Source: Candidatus Omnitrophota bacterium
GTDB lineage: Bacteria; Omnitrophota; Omnitrophia; Omnitrophales; Aquincolibacteriaceae
Direction of reading: 5' to 3'
NCBI GenBank assembly: GCA_016196545.1
Contig: JACPXM010000016.1
Coordinates: 13,266-77,265 of the forward strand
DNA length: 64,000 nt
The position numbers and the translations under genes are program-made. Position 1 is the stretch's first letter; each line of letters opens with the position of its first letter. The notes beneath the pieces were generated by a model that was given only the letters and a program-made list of their open reading frames with translations, searched no databases and was not told the DNA's origin. Positions 7,961-16,348 of the stretch are shown piece by piece.

Positions 7961-9038
7961 CCTCCGCGGGATGCAATTGGCCCTCCGTCTTGCTCAAAGA
8001 GGTCGCTATGGTACAAGCCCAAATCCAAGAGTTGGAGCCTGTCTTGTCAAAAAGGGAAGGCTTGTGGGAAAAGGGTATCACCGTTTTTTTGGGGGACCTC
8101 ATGCCGAAATTGAAGCGATTGGCCGTGCAGGCCCAAAGTCCAAAGGTTCGACCTTATATGTAACTCTTGAGCCCTGCACGCATTGGGGGAAAACGCCTCC
8201 CTGTGTTTCAGCCGTTCTCGAAGCAGGGATTCGTAAAGTCGTGATTGGGAGCCTAGATCCGAATCCGGTCAATGCGGGCAAAGGTGTAAGACTTTTGCGC
8301 CAAATGGGAGTTTCCGTCAAAACCGGAATTTTAAAAAAGGAAGTTCGAGAACTTAACAGACCTTTTCAGAAATGGATTCAAACCGGACTGCCCTATGTCA
8401 GCCTCAAAATGGCGCAGACGCTGGACGGAAAAATTGCGGCTTCCTCAGGGGACGCGCATTGGATTTCTGGAGCCGCGGCACGGTCCTTTGTCAAAAAACT
8501 CAGGGCCGAGCAAGACGCCATTTTAGTAGGAAAAAATACACTCTTACGCGATAACCCCTCCCTTTCTACCTCAGTGGCTTCCTCGCAAAGACAAAAAGGG
8601 AAGCCATGGCGAATCATTTTGAATCCGGATTTAAATTATCCCGCCTCCCGGAAAATATTCAAAGGTCCTCAACTGACTTTTTCCGTAGTCTCGGATAAGG
8701 CAAGGAATTTATCACGAATCAGACACGGCGGGTTACTTTTGCCGGTTAAAATGTCTCATAAAAGGGTCGATTTTAAGGATCTTTTTTCCAAACTCGCCGG
8801 GATGGGTGTGGGGAGGCTTTTAGTGGAGGGGGGCGGTGAAACTGCCTGGGCGCTTGTGAACTCAGGATTAGTTAATAAATTCTACTGGATTTTGAGTCCA
8901 AAAATGCTGGGAGGGCGAAACACCCTGACTTCTCTTGAAGGGGAGGGGTTTCGCTTGGCCCGCCAGGCAAAAAAATGCCGGATTGAAAAAGTCCGAAAGC
9001 TCGAGAAGGACTGGCTTTTTGAAGGGGTTTTTGTCTGA
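7953..9038 (+). CDS. ribD: bifunctional diaminohydroxyphosphoribosylaminopyrimidine deaminase / 5-amino-6-(5-phosphoribosylamino)uracil reductase
   Basis: Deaminase zinc motifs HAEIEAI and LEPCTHWGKTPPC, followed by the reductase half. ATG 7953 (MNDLRGMQLALRLAQRG) is preferred over GTG 7932. Confidence 0.92.
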   Translation: MNDLRGMQLALRLAQRGRYGTSPNPRVGACLVKKGRLVGKGYHRFFGGPHAEIEAIGRAGPKSKGSTLYVTLEPCTHWGKTPPCVSAVLEAGIRKVVIGSLDPNPVNAGKGVRLLRQMGVSVKTGILKKEVRELNRPFQKWIQTGLPYVSLKMAQTLDGKIAASSGDAHWISGAAARSFVKKLRAEQDAILVGKNTLLRDNPSLSTSVASSQRQKGKPWRIILNPDLNYPASRKIFKGPQLTFSVVSDKARNLSRIRHGGLLLPVKMSHKRVDFKDLFSKLAGMGVGRLLVEGGGETAWALVNSGLVNKFYWILSPKMLGGRNTLTSLEGEGFRLARQAKKCRIEKVRKLEKDWLFEGVFV

Positions 9039-9673
9039 TGTTTACGGGGATTGTTGAAAATCAGGCGGTTTTGCTTCGAAGTCAAAAGAGGGAAAAGATT
9101 AATTTTTTTTGTTTCTGTTTTAAGAATAAGGAAACTAAAGTCAGGCGGGGAGAAAGCCTAGCCGTGAACGGCGTTTGCCTTACCGCTGAGAATATCACGC
9201 CCTGGGAATTTGAAGTCAGCGTGGTTTCCGATACGCTTAAGGCCACGACGCTGGGTGCTTTAAAAGTGGGTGAACGGGTCAATTTGGAGCGTTCCCTGCG
9301 CTACGGCCATCGCGTAGCGGGGCATTTTGTGTCGGGGCATATCGACGGACTCGGAAAGATTTTTCAAATTGAATCCTGCAAAAATGAAAATTCATTTTGG
9401 ATTGAATTTCCCCCTTCGTTGGCGCCGTTTATGATTCCCAAAGGATCCGTGGCTGTGGACGGAATTAGTTTGACGCTTCAATCGGTTAAGGGAAACACAT
9501 TCAAAGTTTCGCTGATTCCCTATACGTTCAAAATCACAACCCTGGGCCTGAAAAAAAGGGGGGACAGGGTCAATCTCGAGTGCGACCTTTTTTTAAAGCA
9601 ACAAATCCATTTAAAGAAAATCAAGGTTCCCCGCGCGATGACGTTAACAAGGTTAATCAAGCAGGGGTTTTAA
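9038..9673 (+). CDS. ribE: riboflavin synthase (alpha chain)
   Basis: Starts MFTGIVE and has two lumazine-binding repeats (SLAVNGVCLT and SVAVDGISLT). Start overlaps the ribD stop (TGATG). Confidence 0.9.
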   Translation: MFTGIVENQAVLLRSQKREKINFFCFCFKNKETKVRRGESLAVNGVCLTAENITPWEFEVSVVSDTLKATTLGALKVGERVNLERSLRYGHRVAGHFVSGHIDGLGKIFQIESCKNENSFWIEFPPSLAPFMIPKGSVAVDGISLTLQSVKGNTFKVSLIPYTFKITTLGLKKRGDRVNLECDLFLKQQIHLKKIKVPRAMTLTRLIKQGF

Positions 9674-9690
9674 TCCCTCGGGGAGGAAAT

Positions 9691-10020
9691 ATGAATCGTA
9701 AACTCACTTTGCTTTTTATTCTCATTTGGTTTGGGACGAGTGCCGCGGTTCTTGCTGAAGAGGGAACGAGCGGCGATTATCTCAAGAACATTGGAACCAA
9801 ATTGGGTCGGGGACTTCTCAACGTGGTCACGAGTCCTGCCGAGATTCCCTGCACCATTGGGGACGAAATGGGCAATCACCCGAGCACCGGATTTTTTTCC
9901 GGCCTTGGAAAAGGAACCGTTTTTATGCTCCGCCGAATCCTGGTCGGCGTCACCGAGATTGGTACCTTTATGATTCCCATGGAAAGAACGATTCCTCCCG
10001 TTTGTCATGAACCGGTATGA
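9691..10020 (+). CDS. small secreted protein, resembles the exosortase-system-associated TIGR04073 family (from memory)
   Basis: Signal peptide MNRKLTLLFILIWFGTSAAVLA, then KLGRGLLNVVTSPAEIP .. GLGKGTVFMLRRILVGVTEIGTF. ATG 9691 has the SD GGGGAGGA; the track ORF starts earlier, inside ribE. Confidence 0.45.
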   Translation: MNRKLTLLFILIWFGTSAAVLAEEGTSGDYLKNIGTKLGRGLLNVVTSPAEIPCTIGDEMGNHPSTGFFSGLGKGTVFMLRRILVGVTEIGTFMIPMERTIPPVCHEPV

Positions 10021-10781
10021 AAGTTGTTTCGTTAAGCCCCTCTTTTACGGAGATTATTTTCAGCCTTAGAAAAGGGGGGGATTTGGAGGCGGTTACGGAT
10101 CTTTGTCCTGCGTTGGAACGCGATATCCTGCGAGTAGGATCTCCCAAGGTATTACAAATTGACCGTATTTCTGAATGCAAACCCGATTTAATTTTCGCCG
10201 ATATTCATGAAAACCGTCCCGAAGAGATTACCGCGCTCAAAGAAAAAGGACTAAAAGTTCAAAGTTTTGAAATCCGCTCCATCGAGAGTGTGCTTGATGC
10301 GGTGGCTGAGATATCCCGCCTTTTGGGGGCGAGGGAGGAGGGGGAAAATTTAATCAGGCGCATCCAAGATCAACGGAATCAAAACCGAGATCGCTTTCAA
10401 GGGAGGGAGGCTTTGCAAACGCTGATTCTGCTGTGGGATCGGCCCTATCTCACTGTAAATTTCAATACCTATGTTTCCCAGCTCGTGGAGGCCTCGGGAG
10501 GGTTTAATGTCTTTCATGAGGAACCGGTTCCTGAAATTCCGATTGAGTTAGAGGATATGATCGATAAAAAACCTGAACTTTTACTACTTCCCACCACTCC
10601 TTATTCCTTTCAGCCGCGGCATTTAACCCAATTCAAACAATACCGCGTTTTTTCACAAATCCCTATCCGTCTTGTGGATGGCAGGCTGTTTTCCCGTTTC
10701 GGGCCTGCGACCTACGAGGCCTTAAAGATCTTAGGAGGACTCATCGATCATGCTCGTGAAGCTTATCGAAGAATTCGCTAA
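10017..10781 (+). CDS. periplasmic-binding-protein type 2 fold protein (BtuF/cobalamin-binding-like), no signal peptide
   Basis: 254 aa. Begins MKVVSLSPSFTEIIFSL .. KPDLIFAD .. like BtuF/FhuD-type binding proteins. ATG overlaps the upstream stop. Confidence 0.55.
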   Translation: MKVVSLSPSFTEIIFSLRKGGDLEAVTDLCPALERDILRVGSPKVLQIDRISECKPDLIFADIHENRPEEITALKEKGLKVQSFEIRSIESVLDAVAEISRLLGAREEGENLIRRIQDQRNQNRDRFQGREALQTLILLWDRPYLTVNFNTYVSQLVEASGGFNVFHEEPVPEIPIELEDMIDKKPELLLLPTTPYSFQPRHLTQFKQYRVFSQIPIRLVDGRLFSRFGPATYEALKILGGLIDHAREAYRRIR

Positions 10782-11427
10782 CGCAATTGGTTATTTGACC
10801 CTTTTTCCAATCGGGAAAAGTTCGATGGCCAAAGGATTTTCTGAGGAAAGGCCGGGATTTTTGTTTTTCCCCCTTGTCGGATTTTTACTGGGTCTTTTGT
10901 CCCTATGGATTTTTGCCCTAACCAGTTCCTTCTTACCTCCAAGGGTTGGCTATCTTTTGCTGATTTTGAGTCCTGAATTTTTAAGCCGGGGATTGCATCT
11001 GCAAAGTATTTTGAGATTCGAAAATCATGAAAGTTCCAAAGTGGGGGCCTCGGGGATACTCGCGGTCTTTGCGATTCTCATGATGAAGTATGAATTGATT
11101 CAGGTCTTGACGCTGCAATCCCATAGTTTTCTTTTTGCCCTCGCTTTTTCACGGTGGAGTTTAGTGGCCTCCCAATTAATTCTTCCAGTTTCAAAACGGG
11201 GTCCCTCCCTCAAACGGGATTTTGTTTTTGCGACGTTTTCCATTCTTTTGATCATGCTTTTTCTCGGATGGGCCGGACTTTTTACGACGCTCGTCGTATT
11301 GTCATTTTTATGCTTTCTTCTTTTTCTTGCTTCCCGGTTTTCCTTTGCAAGAAAAATCGATTTAATGGATTCTTCCTGTGAACTGACGGAGCTTCTTGTC
11401 TATATTGCCATGGCCGTGATTTTGTAA
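10750..11427 (+). CDS. polytopic membrane protein, divergent CobS (cobalamin-5'-phosphate synthase)-like
   Basis: 225 aa with about 6 TM segments. N-terminus AIGYLTLFPIG .. FFPLVGFLLGLL matches the CobS pattern, but the central acidic motif is not conserved (SRGLHLQSILRF). Confidence 0.4.
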   Translation: MLVKLIEEFANAIGYLTLFPIGKSSMAKGFSEERPGFLFFPLVGFLLGLLSLWIFALTSSFLPPRVGYLLLILSPEFLSRGLHLQSILRFENHESSKVGASGILAVFAILMMKYELIQVLTLQSHSFLFALAFSRWSLVASQLILPVSKRGPSLKRDFVFATFSILLIMLFLGWAGLFTTLVVLSFLCFLLFLASRFSFARKIDLMDSSCELTELLVYIAMAVIL

Positions 11428-11431
11428 GATA

Positions 11432-11833
11432 ATGCTGTCCATGAAGTCCGCCTATCTAATTATTGCCCACGGAAGCAAGGACGAAGGGAGCAATGAAGCC
11501 TTTTGGAAATTTCTGGAAGATTTTCGCAAGCAATACTCAAGTCGATGGGTGGAAGGGGCCTTCCTGGAGATGGTGAAACCCTCCATCTCTCAGGGAATTG
11601 AAAATTGCATTGAGAAGGGTGCGCTCGAAATTTTTGTGATCCCGCTCATGTTATTTCCCGGACGGCATGTCAAAGACGATATCCCCCGACTGATTCAAGA
11701 ATCCAAGGCCAAATTTCCCGCCATTGATTTTCATTATGCAGGACCTCTTTCAGAGAAGACCTCTCTGGCAGAGGTTGTCGAGCAGAAAGCCAAGGCAATG
11801 AAAGCGAAAAATCATGGGTCCTTGCGACGATAA
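11432..11833 (+). CDS. cbiX: small CbiX-type sirohydrochlorin (cobalto)chelatase
   Basis: 133 aa. Motifs AYLIIAHGSKDEGSNEAF and FVIPLMLFPGRHVKDDIP. Confidence 0.7.
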   Translation: MLSMKSAYLIIAHGSKDEGSNEAFWKFLEDFRKQYSSRWVEGAFLEMVKPSISQGIENCIEKGALEIFVIPLMLFPGRHVKDDIPRLIQESKAKFPAIDFHYAGPLSEKTSLAEVVEQKAKAMKAKNHGSLRR

Positions 11834-12155
11834 ATCGCTCCTTCGGCCTTATAAAAGGCATATTCTTGTTTGCACGGGGCCCCGCTGTGCTCCGGAGATT
11901 TCTCCCGAAGTGTACACAAAGCTAAAGGATAAGATTAAGGAACTGGGTTTGAATGATGGACCTGAGCGTATCAACCGAAGCCAATGCCATTGTTTTGGCG
12001 TGTGTCAACAAGGCCCCATCGCCGTGGTGTATCCTGAGGGTGTCTGGTATCACGAAGTAACTTGGGACAAGATGCAGAGAATTGTGAAGGAACATCTCAT
12101 AGACGGCCATCCCGTTGAGGAGTATATTTTCCATCGACTTTCGAATCAAAAGTAA
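11814..12155 (+). CDS. thioredoxin-like [2Fe-2S] ferredoxin
   Basis: 113 aa. Cys pattern HILVCTGPRC .. SQCHCFGVCQQGPIAVVYPEGVWY. Confidence 0.7.
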   Translation: MGPCDDKSLLRPYKRHILVCTGPRCAPEISPEVYTKLKDKIKELGLNDGPERINRSQCHCFGVCQQGPIAVVYPEGVWYHEVTWDKMQRIVKEHLIDGHPVEEYIFHRLSNQK

Positions 12156-12199
12156 CAATTCAAACTTGGATTTCAGGCACACTTTTTTGGGGATTCGGC

Positions 12200-12227
12200 T
12201 TGACTGAGAGGGCTCTATCATTATAAT
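12200..12227 (+). promoter_or_regulatory. sigma70-type promoter upstream of 12281 gene
   Basis: TTGACT, 16-nt spacer, TATAAT. Lies 54 nt upstream of the ATG. Confidence 0.5.
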
Positions 12228-12280
12228 GATTGCACTTCGGCCCATTTAATTTTTAGTGTCTCTTAAGGAGTACTTTCTTG

Positions 12281-12625
12281 ATGGAAAATTCCACCAGTTC
12301 ACCCCCAAAAAATGAAGATCCCGTCATTCAGGAGGGTAAATTTTTTGCTGCCATTGGTTATTTGAGCTTTCTTTGTTTTGTTCCTTTGTTATTAAAAAAA
12401 GAAAATAAATTTGCGCAATTTCACGGCAAACAGGCCCTGCTTTTATTTATTCTGGAAATCGCATCAGGAATTTTGAGCGTCATTCCGGCGTTGGGAGACT
12501 TGATTTCCAAGTTCGGCTTTGTGGTTTTTGGTATTTATTCTCTGATCGGAGTCGTAAAGGTGTTGATGGGCGAGTATTGGGAAATGCCTGTGATTTACGA
12601 AATCTCCAATCGCATAAGCCTTTAA
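12281..12625 (+). CDS. DUF4870-like small membrane protein
   Basis: FFAAIGYLSFLCFVPLLLKKENKFAQFHGKQALLLFILEI and about 3 TM segments. SD AAGGAG precedes ATG 12281. Confidence 0.55.
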   Translation: MENSTSSPPKNEDPVIQEGKFFAAIGYLSFLCFVPLLLKKENKFAQFHGKQALLLFILEIASGILSVIPALGDLISKFGFVVFGIYSLIGVVKVLMGEYWEMPVIYEISNRISL

Positions 12626-12704
12626 GCGCTCGGCTTAATACCGGCCTTTCTTCCAATCCCAAATTCTGCTCAAATGCCTAACGTCCGATGGATGAGGTGA
12701 GTTG

Positions 12705-14207
12705 ATGCTTTTAGGTAACAAGCGGTCTCAAGGTGAAGAACGAAATTGGAGCGTTGTTTTAAGTCCGATTCGTAGTGAAATTGACAAAAAGAAAATCTCG
12801 CAAAAGATCTCCGAAGTATTTTCACTGTCCTCCGAAGAGGCAACGGATTTGGTGGCCAATACTCCGATTATTTTGCTGGATCATCTGAGTCGCCCTTTGG
12901 CAATGAAAGTCAAAGAATATTTTCGTTCCACGGGCGCGGAAATTCTTCTTACCAATGATATTTTTTTAAAGCGGAAATGCTACAGAACGGTTTGGCCGGA
13001 GCCTCCCAATCTCTCTTTTTTAAATGAAGAAGCACTTCCTGCGGCTTCGTCTTCCGATTCTGAACTTTTACCTACCGATCAGGCCTTAAATGAAATTCGA
13101 ACCATTGCCGAAGAGACAGATCCCCATGAAGAGGCTGAGGAAATAGAACAGGAACAAGAGGAAGCATCCTCTTTGAGGGATGAAAGCCAAACATGGAGAC
13201 ATCAGCTTCAAGACCTTGAAGAAGAAAATCGTTTGCTTCGCGATAAGCTCGAAAATGCCTCAAATGCCCAACCGAGTATGTCCCGTTTACCTTCTAACGA
13301 GGGGGCGGATAAAGAGGTGCGGGAATTGAAAGCTATTCTCTCCCAAATGCGCGAGAAAACGGAGGCGGTTCGGGAGGAATACCATCAAGCGCGGCAAATT
13401 TTTGATCAAAAGATTCAAAATACGCTGAAAGAAAAAGATGTTTGGGAAACTAAATATCATGAGCTAAATGCCGCCGTTCAAAAAAAACAAAAAGACATGG
13501 AAAGCCATTTCAAAAGCGAGATGGAGAAGGTGACGCAGGATACGCGCTCGAAGCTGACGCAAATGATTGAAACCGTGAATGCTTTACGGCAAGAGAAAGT
13601 GCACTTGGAAAAAGCGCTGAATGAAAAGTCGCAGGAAGTCGTCCTGCATCATCAAAAAAAACAGTTTGTAGAAGGGGAGATGCAGACGGTTCTCGCCCAA
13701 AAGGAAGAAGCCGAGAAGATGCGCGCGCAGCAAGAGACCCAACTTGAGGAAGTCGAAACAAAACTGCAAGAGATCCAATTGATGCGCGCAGATCAGGAAA
13801 AGGCAGTCCAATTTTATCAACAACAGATGGAAGCCCGAGAACACGAACTTGAAAATGCGCGCCGTCAAATTCGGGAGGCCAATCAGCAGCTTGAGCAGCG
13901 TGAATCTGTTCAAAAGAGGGTTCAGCTAGCCAGCCAACTTTCGGACAAGGAAGCGATGCTTAAGCTTTTTGTGAAGGATCAGGAAAGGCTGGAATTGGAA
14001 ATCCACGAACGCGAAGAGTCGATGCGAAAAGTCTTAGCAGAGCAAGAAAAAGTGGAAAGGGAAATCATCGAAATCCGACAAGCGCAACGGCATTTTATGG
14101 AGTCGAGTAAAAGGGAACAATCGGGTCGTGCAAAAAGTCCACGCATCGCCAATCCCGAAGGATCGCAGAATTCAGGTCTTAAAGACAGCTTGTCTCCTCA
14201 TGATTGA
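12705..14207 (+). CDS. long coiled-coil protein with an N-terminal ribosomal L7/L12 C-terminal-domain-like module
   Basis: Residues ~15-85 (WSVVLSPIRSEIDKKKISQKISEVFSLSSEEATDLVANTPIILLDHLSRPLAMKVKEYFRSTGAEILL) align position by position with the L7/L12 CTD. The remainder is ~350 aa of E/Q/K-rich heptad-like sequence. Confidence 0.55.
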   Translation: MLLGNKRSQGEERNWSVVLSPIRSEIDKKKISQKISEVFSLSSEEATDLVANTPIILLDHLSRPLAMKVKEYFRSTGAEILLTNDIFLKRKCYRTVWPEPPNLSFLNEEALPAASSSDSELLPTDQALNEIRTIAEETDPHEEAEEIEQEQEEASSLRDESQTWRHQLQDLEEENRLLRDKLENASNAQPSMSRLPSNEGADKEVRELKAILSQMREKTEAVREEYHQARQIFDQKIQNTLKEKDVWETKYHELNAAVQKKQKDMESHFKSEMEKVTQDTRSKLTQMIETVNALRQEKVHLEKALNEKSQEVVLHHQKKQFVEGEMQTVLAQKEEAEKMRAQQETQLEEVETKLQEIQLMRADQEKAVQFYQQQMEAREHELENARRQIREANQQLEQRESVQKRVQLASQLSDKEAMLKLFVKDQERLELEIHEREESMRKVLAEQEKVEREIIEIRQAQRHFMESSKREQSGRAKSPRIANPEGSQNSGLKDSLSPHD

Positions 14208-14604
14208 ACTCATCCTGAATAAGATTAAGATCGATGAAACTCGGAATGAACAGATTATAGTTTTGCGGGAAAAGGAGGGCGTGCGTTATTTGCCCGTGGT
14301 GATTGGAATTGCTGAAGTGAATGCCATAAAACTCAAGCTTAGCGGGGTGAAGCCGCCAAGACCTTTAACCCACGATTTAGTGATGAACGTGGTGGAAGGG
14401 CTCGGGGCGAAATTAGAGAGAATTATAATTGATAAGCTTCAACAAAATACATTTTTTGCGAAACTTTATATCAAAAAAAACGGTGGAGAAGAGATCGTCA
14501 TTGATGCCCGTCCTTCCGATTCTGTGGCGCTGGCTCTGCGCGCCCAAGCCCCCATTTTTGCGGCCGAAGAAGTGATGGGGGAAGCTTCCGTGACCGAGGT
14601 TTAA
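14200..14604 (+). CDS. bifunctional nuclease family protein (DUF151/BFN)
   Basis: Motifs IVLREKEGVRYLPVVIGIAEVNAI .. RPLTHDL .. ARPSDSVALALR. ATG 14200 overlaps the upstream stop (ATGATTGA). Confidence 0.7.
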   Translation: MIELILNKIKIDETRNEQIIVLREKEGVRYLPVVIGIAEVNAIKLKLSGVKPPRPLTHDLVMNVVEGLGAKLERIIIDKLQQNTFFAKLYIKKNGGEEIVIDARPSDSVALALRAQAPIFAAEEVMGEASVTEV

Positions 14605-14607
14605 TCC

Positions 14608-15531
14608 ATGGCAGTCTCCGACATCATTATTATCGGCGGTGGCGGTGCGGGCCTGACCGCGGCACTTTATGCCTCCCGCGCCAAACTTTCTACACTCCTT
14701 TTTGAAAAACTAACACCGGGTGGGCAAATTGCGTTAACCGATATTGTGGAAAATTATCCTGGATTTCCCGAGGCTATTACCGGCGGTGAAATTTCACAAC
14801 GTATGGAAGAACAGGCCAAAAAATATGGGACACAGCTTCTCTACGAAGAAGTAAAATCGATTCATCCTAAAAATAACTCTTTTGAAGTAAGGACTTCCAA
14901 TCAATCCCATGAGACCAAGTCTGTGATCCTCGCGATGGGGGCGTCTTTTCGCACCCTGGCGGTTCCGGGCGAAAAGGAGTTAACGGGGAAAGGGGTTTCT
15001 TACTGTGCTACTTGTGACGGCGCTTTTTTTAAGGAGAAGGAAATTATCGTCGTAGGTGGGGGTGATTCTGCGATGCAGGAAGGACTTTTTTTAACACGTT
15101 TTGCGACTAAACTTTCGGTGGTTCATCGTCGCGATAAACTCCGAGCAAGCCCCATTCTCCAAGAACGTGCTCAGAAAAATCCTAGGATTAATTTTATATG
15201 GGACACGGTGGTTGAGAAAATCGAAGGGGACAAAAAAGTTCAGAATGTTAAACTTAAAAATATAAAAAACAATTCTGTCCGTGACTTTCGCACGGACGGA
15301 GTTTTTGTTTTTGTCGGCCATGATCCCAACTCTTCCCTTGTTAAAGGGCTCGTAGAACTTGATGAAAAAGGATATGTTAAAACTTTTAATACGCTGAAGA
15401 CTTCGGTACGCGGTATTTTTGCCGCAGGCGAAATCCGCTCGGGTGCAGTCAAACAGCTTGTCTCGGCCTGCGGTGAGGGCTGTGAAGCCGCATTGGAGGC
15501 CCAGGCGTACCTTGAGGATCTTCCGAGTTGA
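14608..15531 (+). CDS. trxB: thioredoxin-disulfide reductase
   Basis: FAD site IIGGGGAGLTAALYASRA, redox-active CATCDG, NADPH site VVGGGDSAMQEG. Confidence 0.93.
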   Translation: MAVSDIIIIGGGGAGLTAALYASRAKLSTLLFEKLTPGGQIALTDIVENYPGFPEAITGGEISQRMEEQAKKYGTQLLYEEVKSIHPKNNSFEVRTSNQSHETKSVILAMGASFRTLAVPGEKELTGKGVSYCATCDGAFFKEKEIIVVGGGDSAMQEGLFLTRFATKLSVVHRRDKLRASPILQERAQKNPRINFIWDTVVEKIEGDKKVQNVKLKNIKNNSVRDFRTDGVFVFVGHDPNSSLVKGLVELDEKGYVKTFNTLKTSVRGIFAAGEIRSGAVKQLVSACGEGCEAALEAQAYLEDLPS

Positions 15532-15537
15532 GGGTTC

Positions 15538-16005
15538 ATGGGAATCCTGAGGTTTTTTTCTGTCCTTGTGTTTATCTTTTGTTTCGCTTACGGATGTGGT
15601 CAAAAAAATGAGGCCCCTGATTTTGAATTGTTTACAGCGGGAGAGAGAACGCAGCCCTTGGGGCTTTCGAAGATTAATGCCGATTCGCAGGTATTACTCG
15701 CATTTTGGGCCAGTTGGTGCCCCGCTTGTGTCGATGAAATTCCCATTTTAAATACATGGAATGAAAAATTTTCCGATCGGGGTCTCAAGATCATCGGTGT
15801 CAATGTCGGAGAACCTCGAAAGGATGTTGAAAAGTTTATCAAGAATCACAAGATCCTTTATCCGGTTGTCCTGGATGAAGCAGGTGAAGTGGCGGATCGT
15901 TACGGCATTGTCGGACTCCCCGTAACGGTGCTTCTTGCCAAAGGGGGAGAAATTCTTTATTATGGTTTCGCACTTCCGCCTCGTATGGAAGAAAGACTTT
16001 CTTAA
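15538..16005 (+). CDS. TlpA/ResA-like thiol-disulfide oxidoreductase, probable lipoprotein
   Basis: Signal peptide ending FAYGCGQ. Thioredoxin-fold motif WASWCPAC. Confidence 0.8.
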   Translation: MGILRFFSVLVFIFCFAYGCGQKNEAPDFELFTAGERTQPLGLSKINADSQVLLAFWASWCPACVDEIPILNTWNEKFSDRGLKIIGVNVGEPRKDVEKFIKNHKILYPVVLDEAGEVADRYGIVGLPVTVLLAKGGEILYYGFALPPRMEERLS

Positions 16006-16019
16006 AGGAGAATGCTTTT

Positions 16020-16331
16020 ATGAAGCCTGAAAATCAGGATGGAAATTTTGACCGACATGTTTATCAGTTGTTACAGTTGCTTAAAAAAATGATGAAGGAT
16101 CTTCCCTCGCAGGGCGTTTCATTTCCCGATATAGGCGCTTTACCGAAAGGTACGAATGTTAATTTAAATCTTTGTTTTTTTACTTTTCTTCCCCTTTTGC
16201 CCGAAGAGATGGCGGAATTTGAAGATGCCTTCGAGCAATTCTATGCTCCAGATTTTCCCCGGGCTTCGAGAGATCAAAGGCTTCATCCGGATGATCTTGA
16301 ATTCCTTCGAAAAAACGGGATTCAATTCTAA
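16020..16331 (+). CDS. hypothetical protein
   Basis: 103-aa ORF in an operon-like position. No recognisable motif. Confidence 0.4.
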   Translation: MKPENQDGNFDRHVYQLLQLLKKMMKDLPSQGVSFPDIGALPKGTNVNLNLCFFTFLPLLPEEMAEFEDAFEQFYAPDFPRASRDQRLHPDDLEFLRKNGIQF

Positions 16332-16348
16332 GCCTTGACTCCTCGTTT

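Noticed and set aside
15091-15603. 170-aa minus-strand ORF
   Set aside because: Antisense to the trxB 3' half and the start of the redoxin gene. No support.
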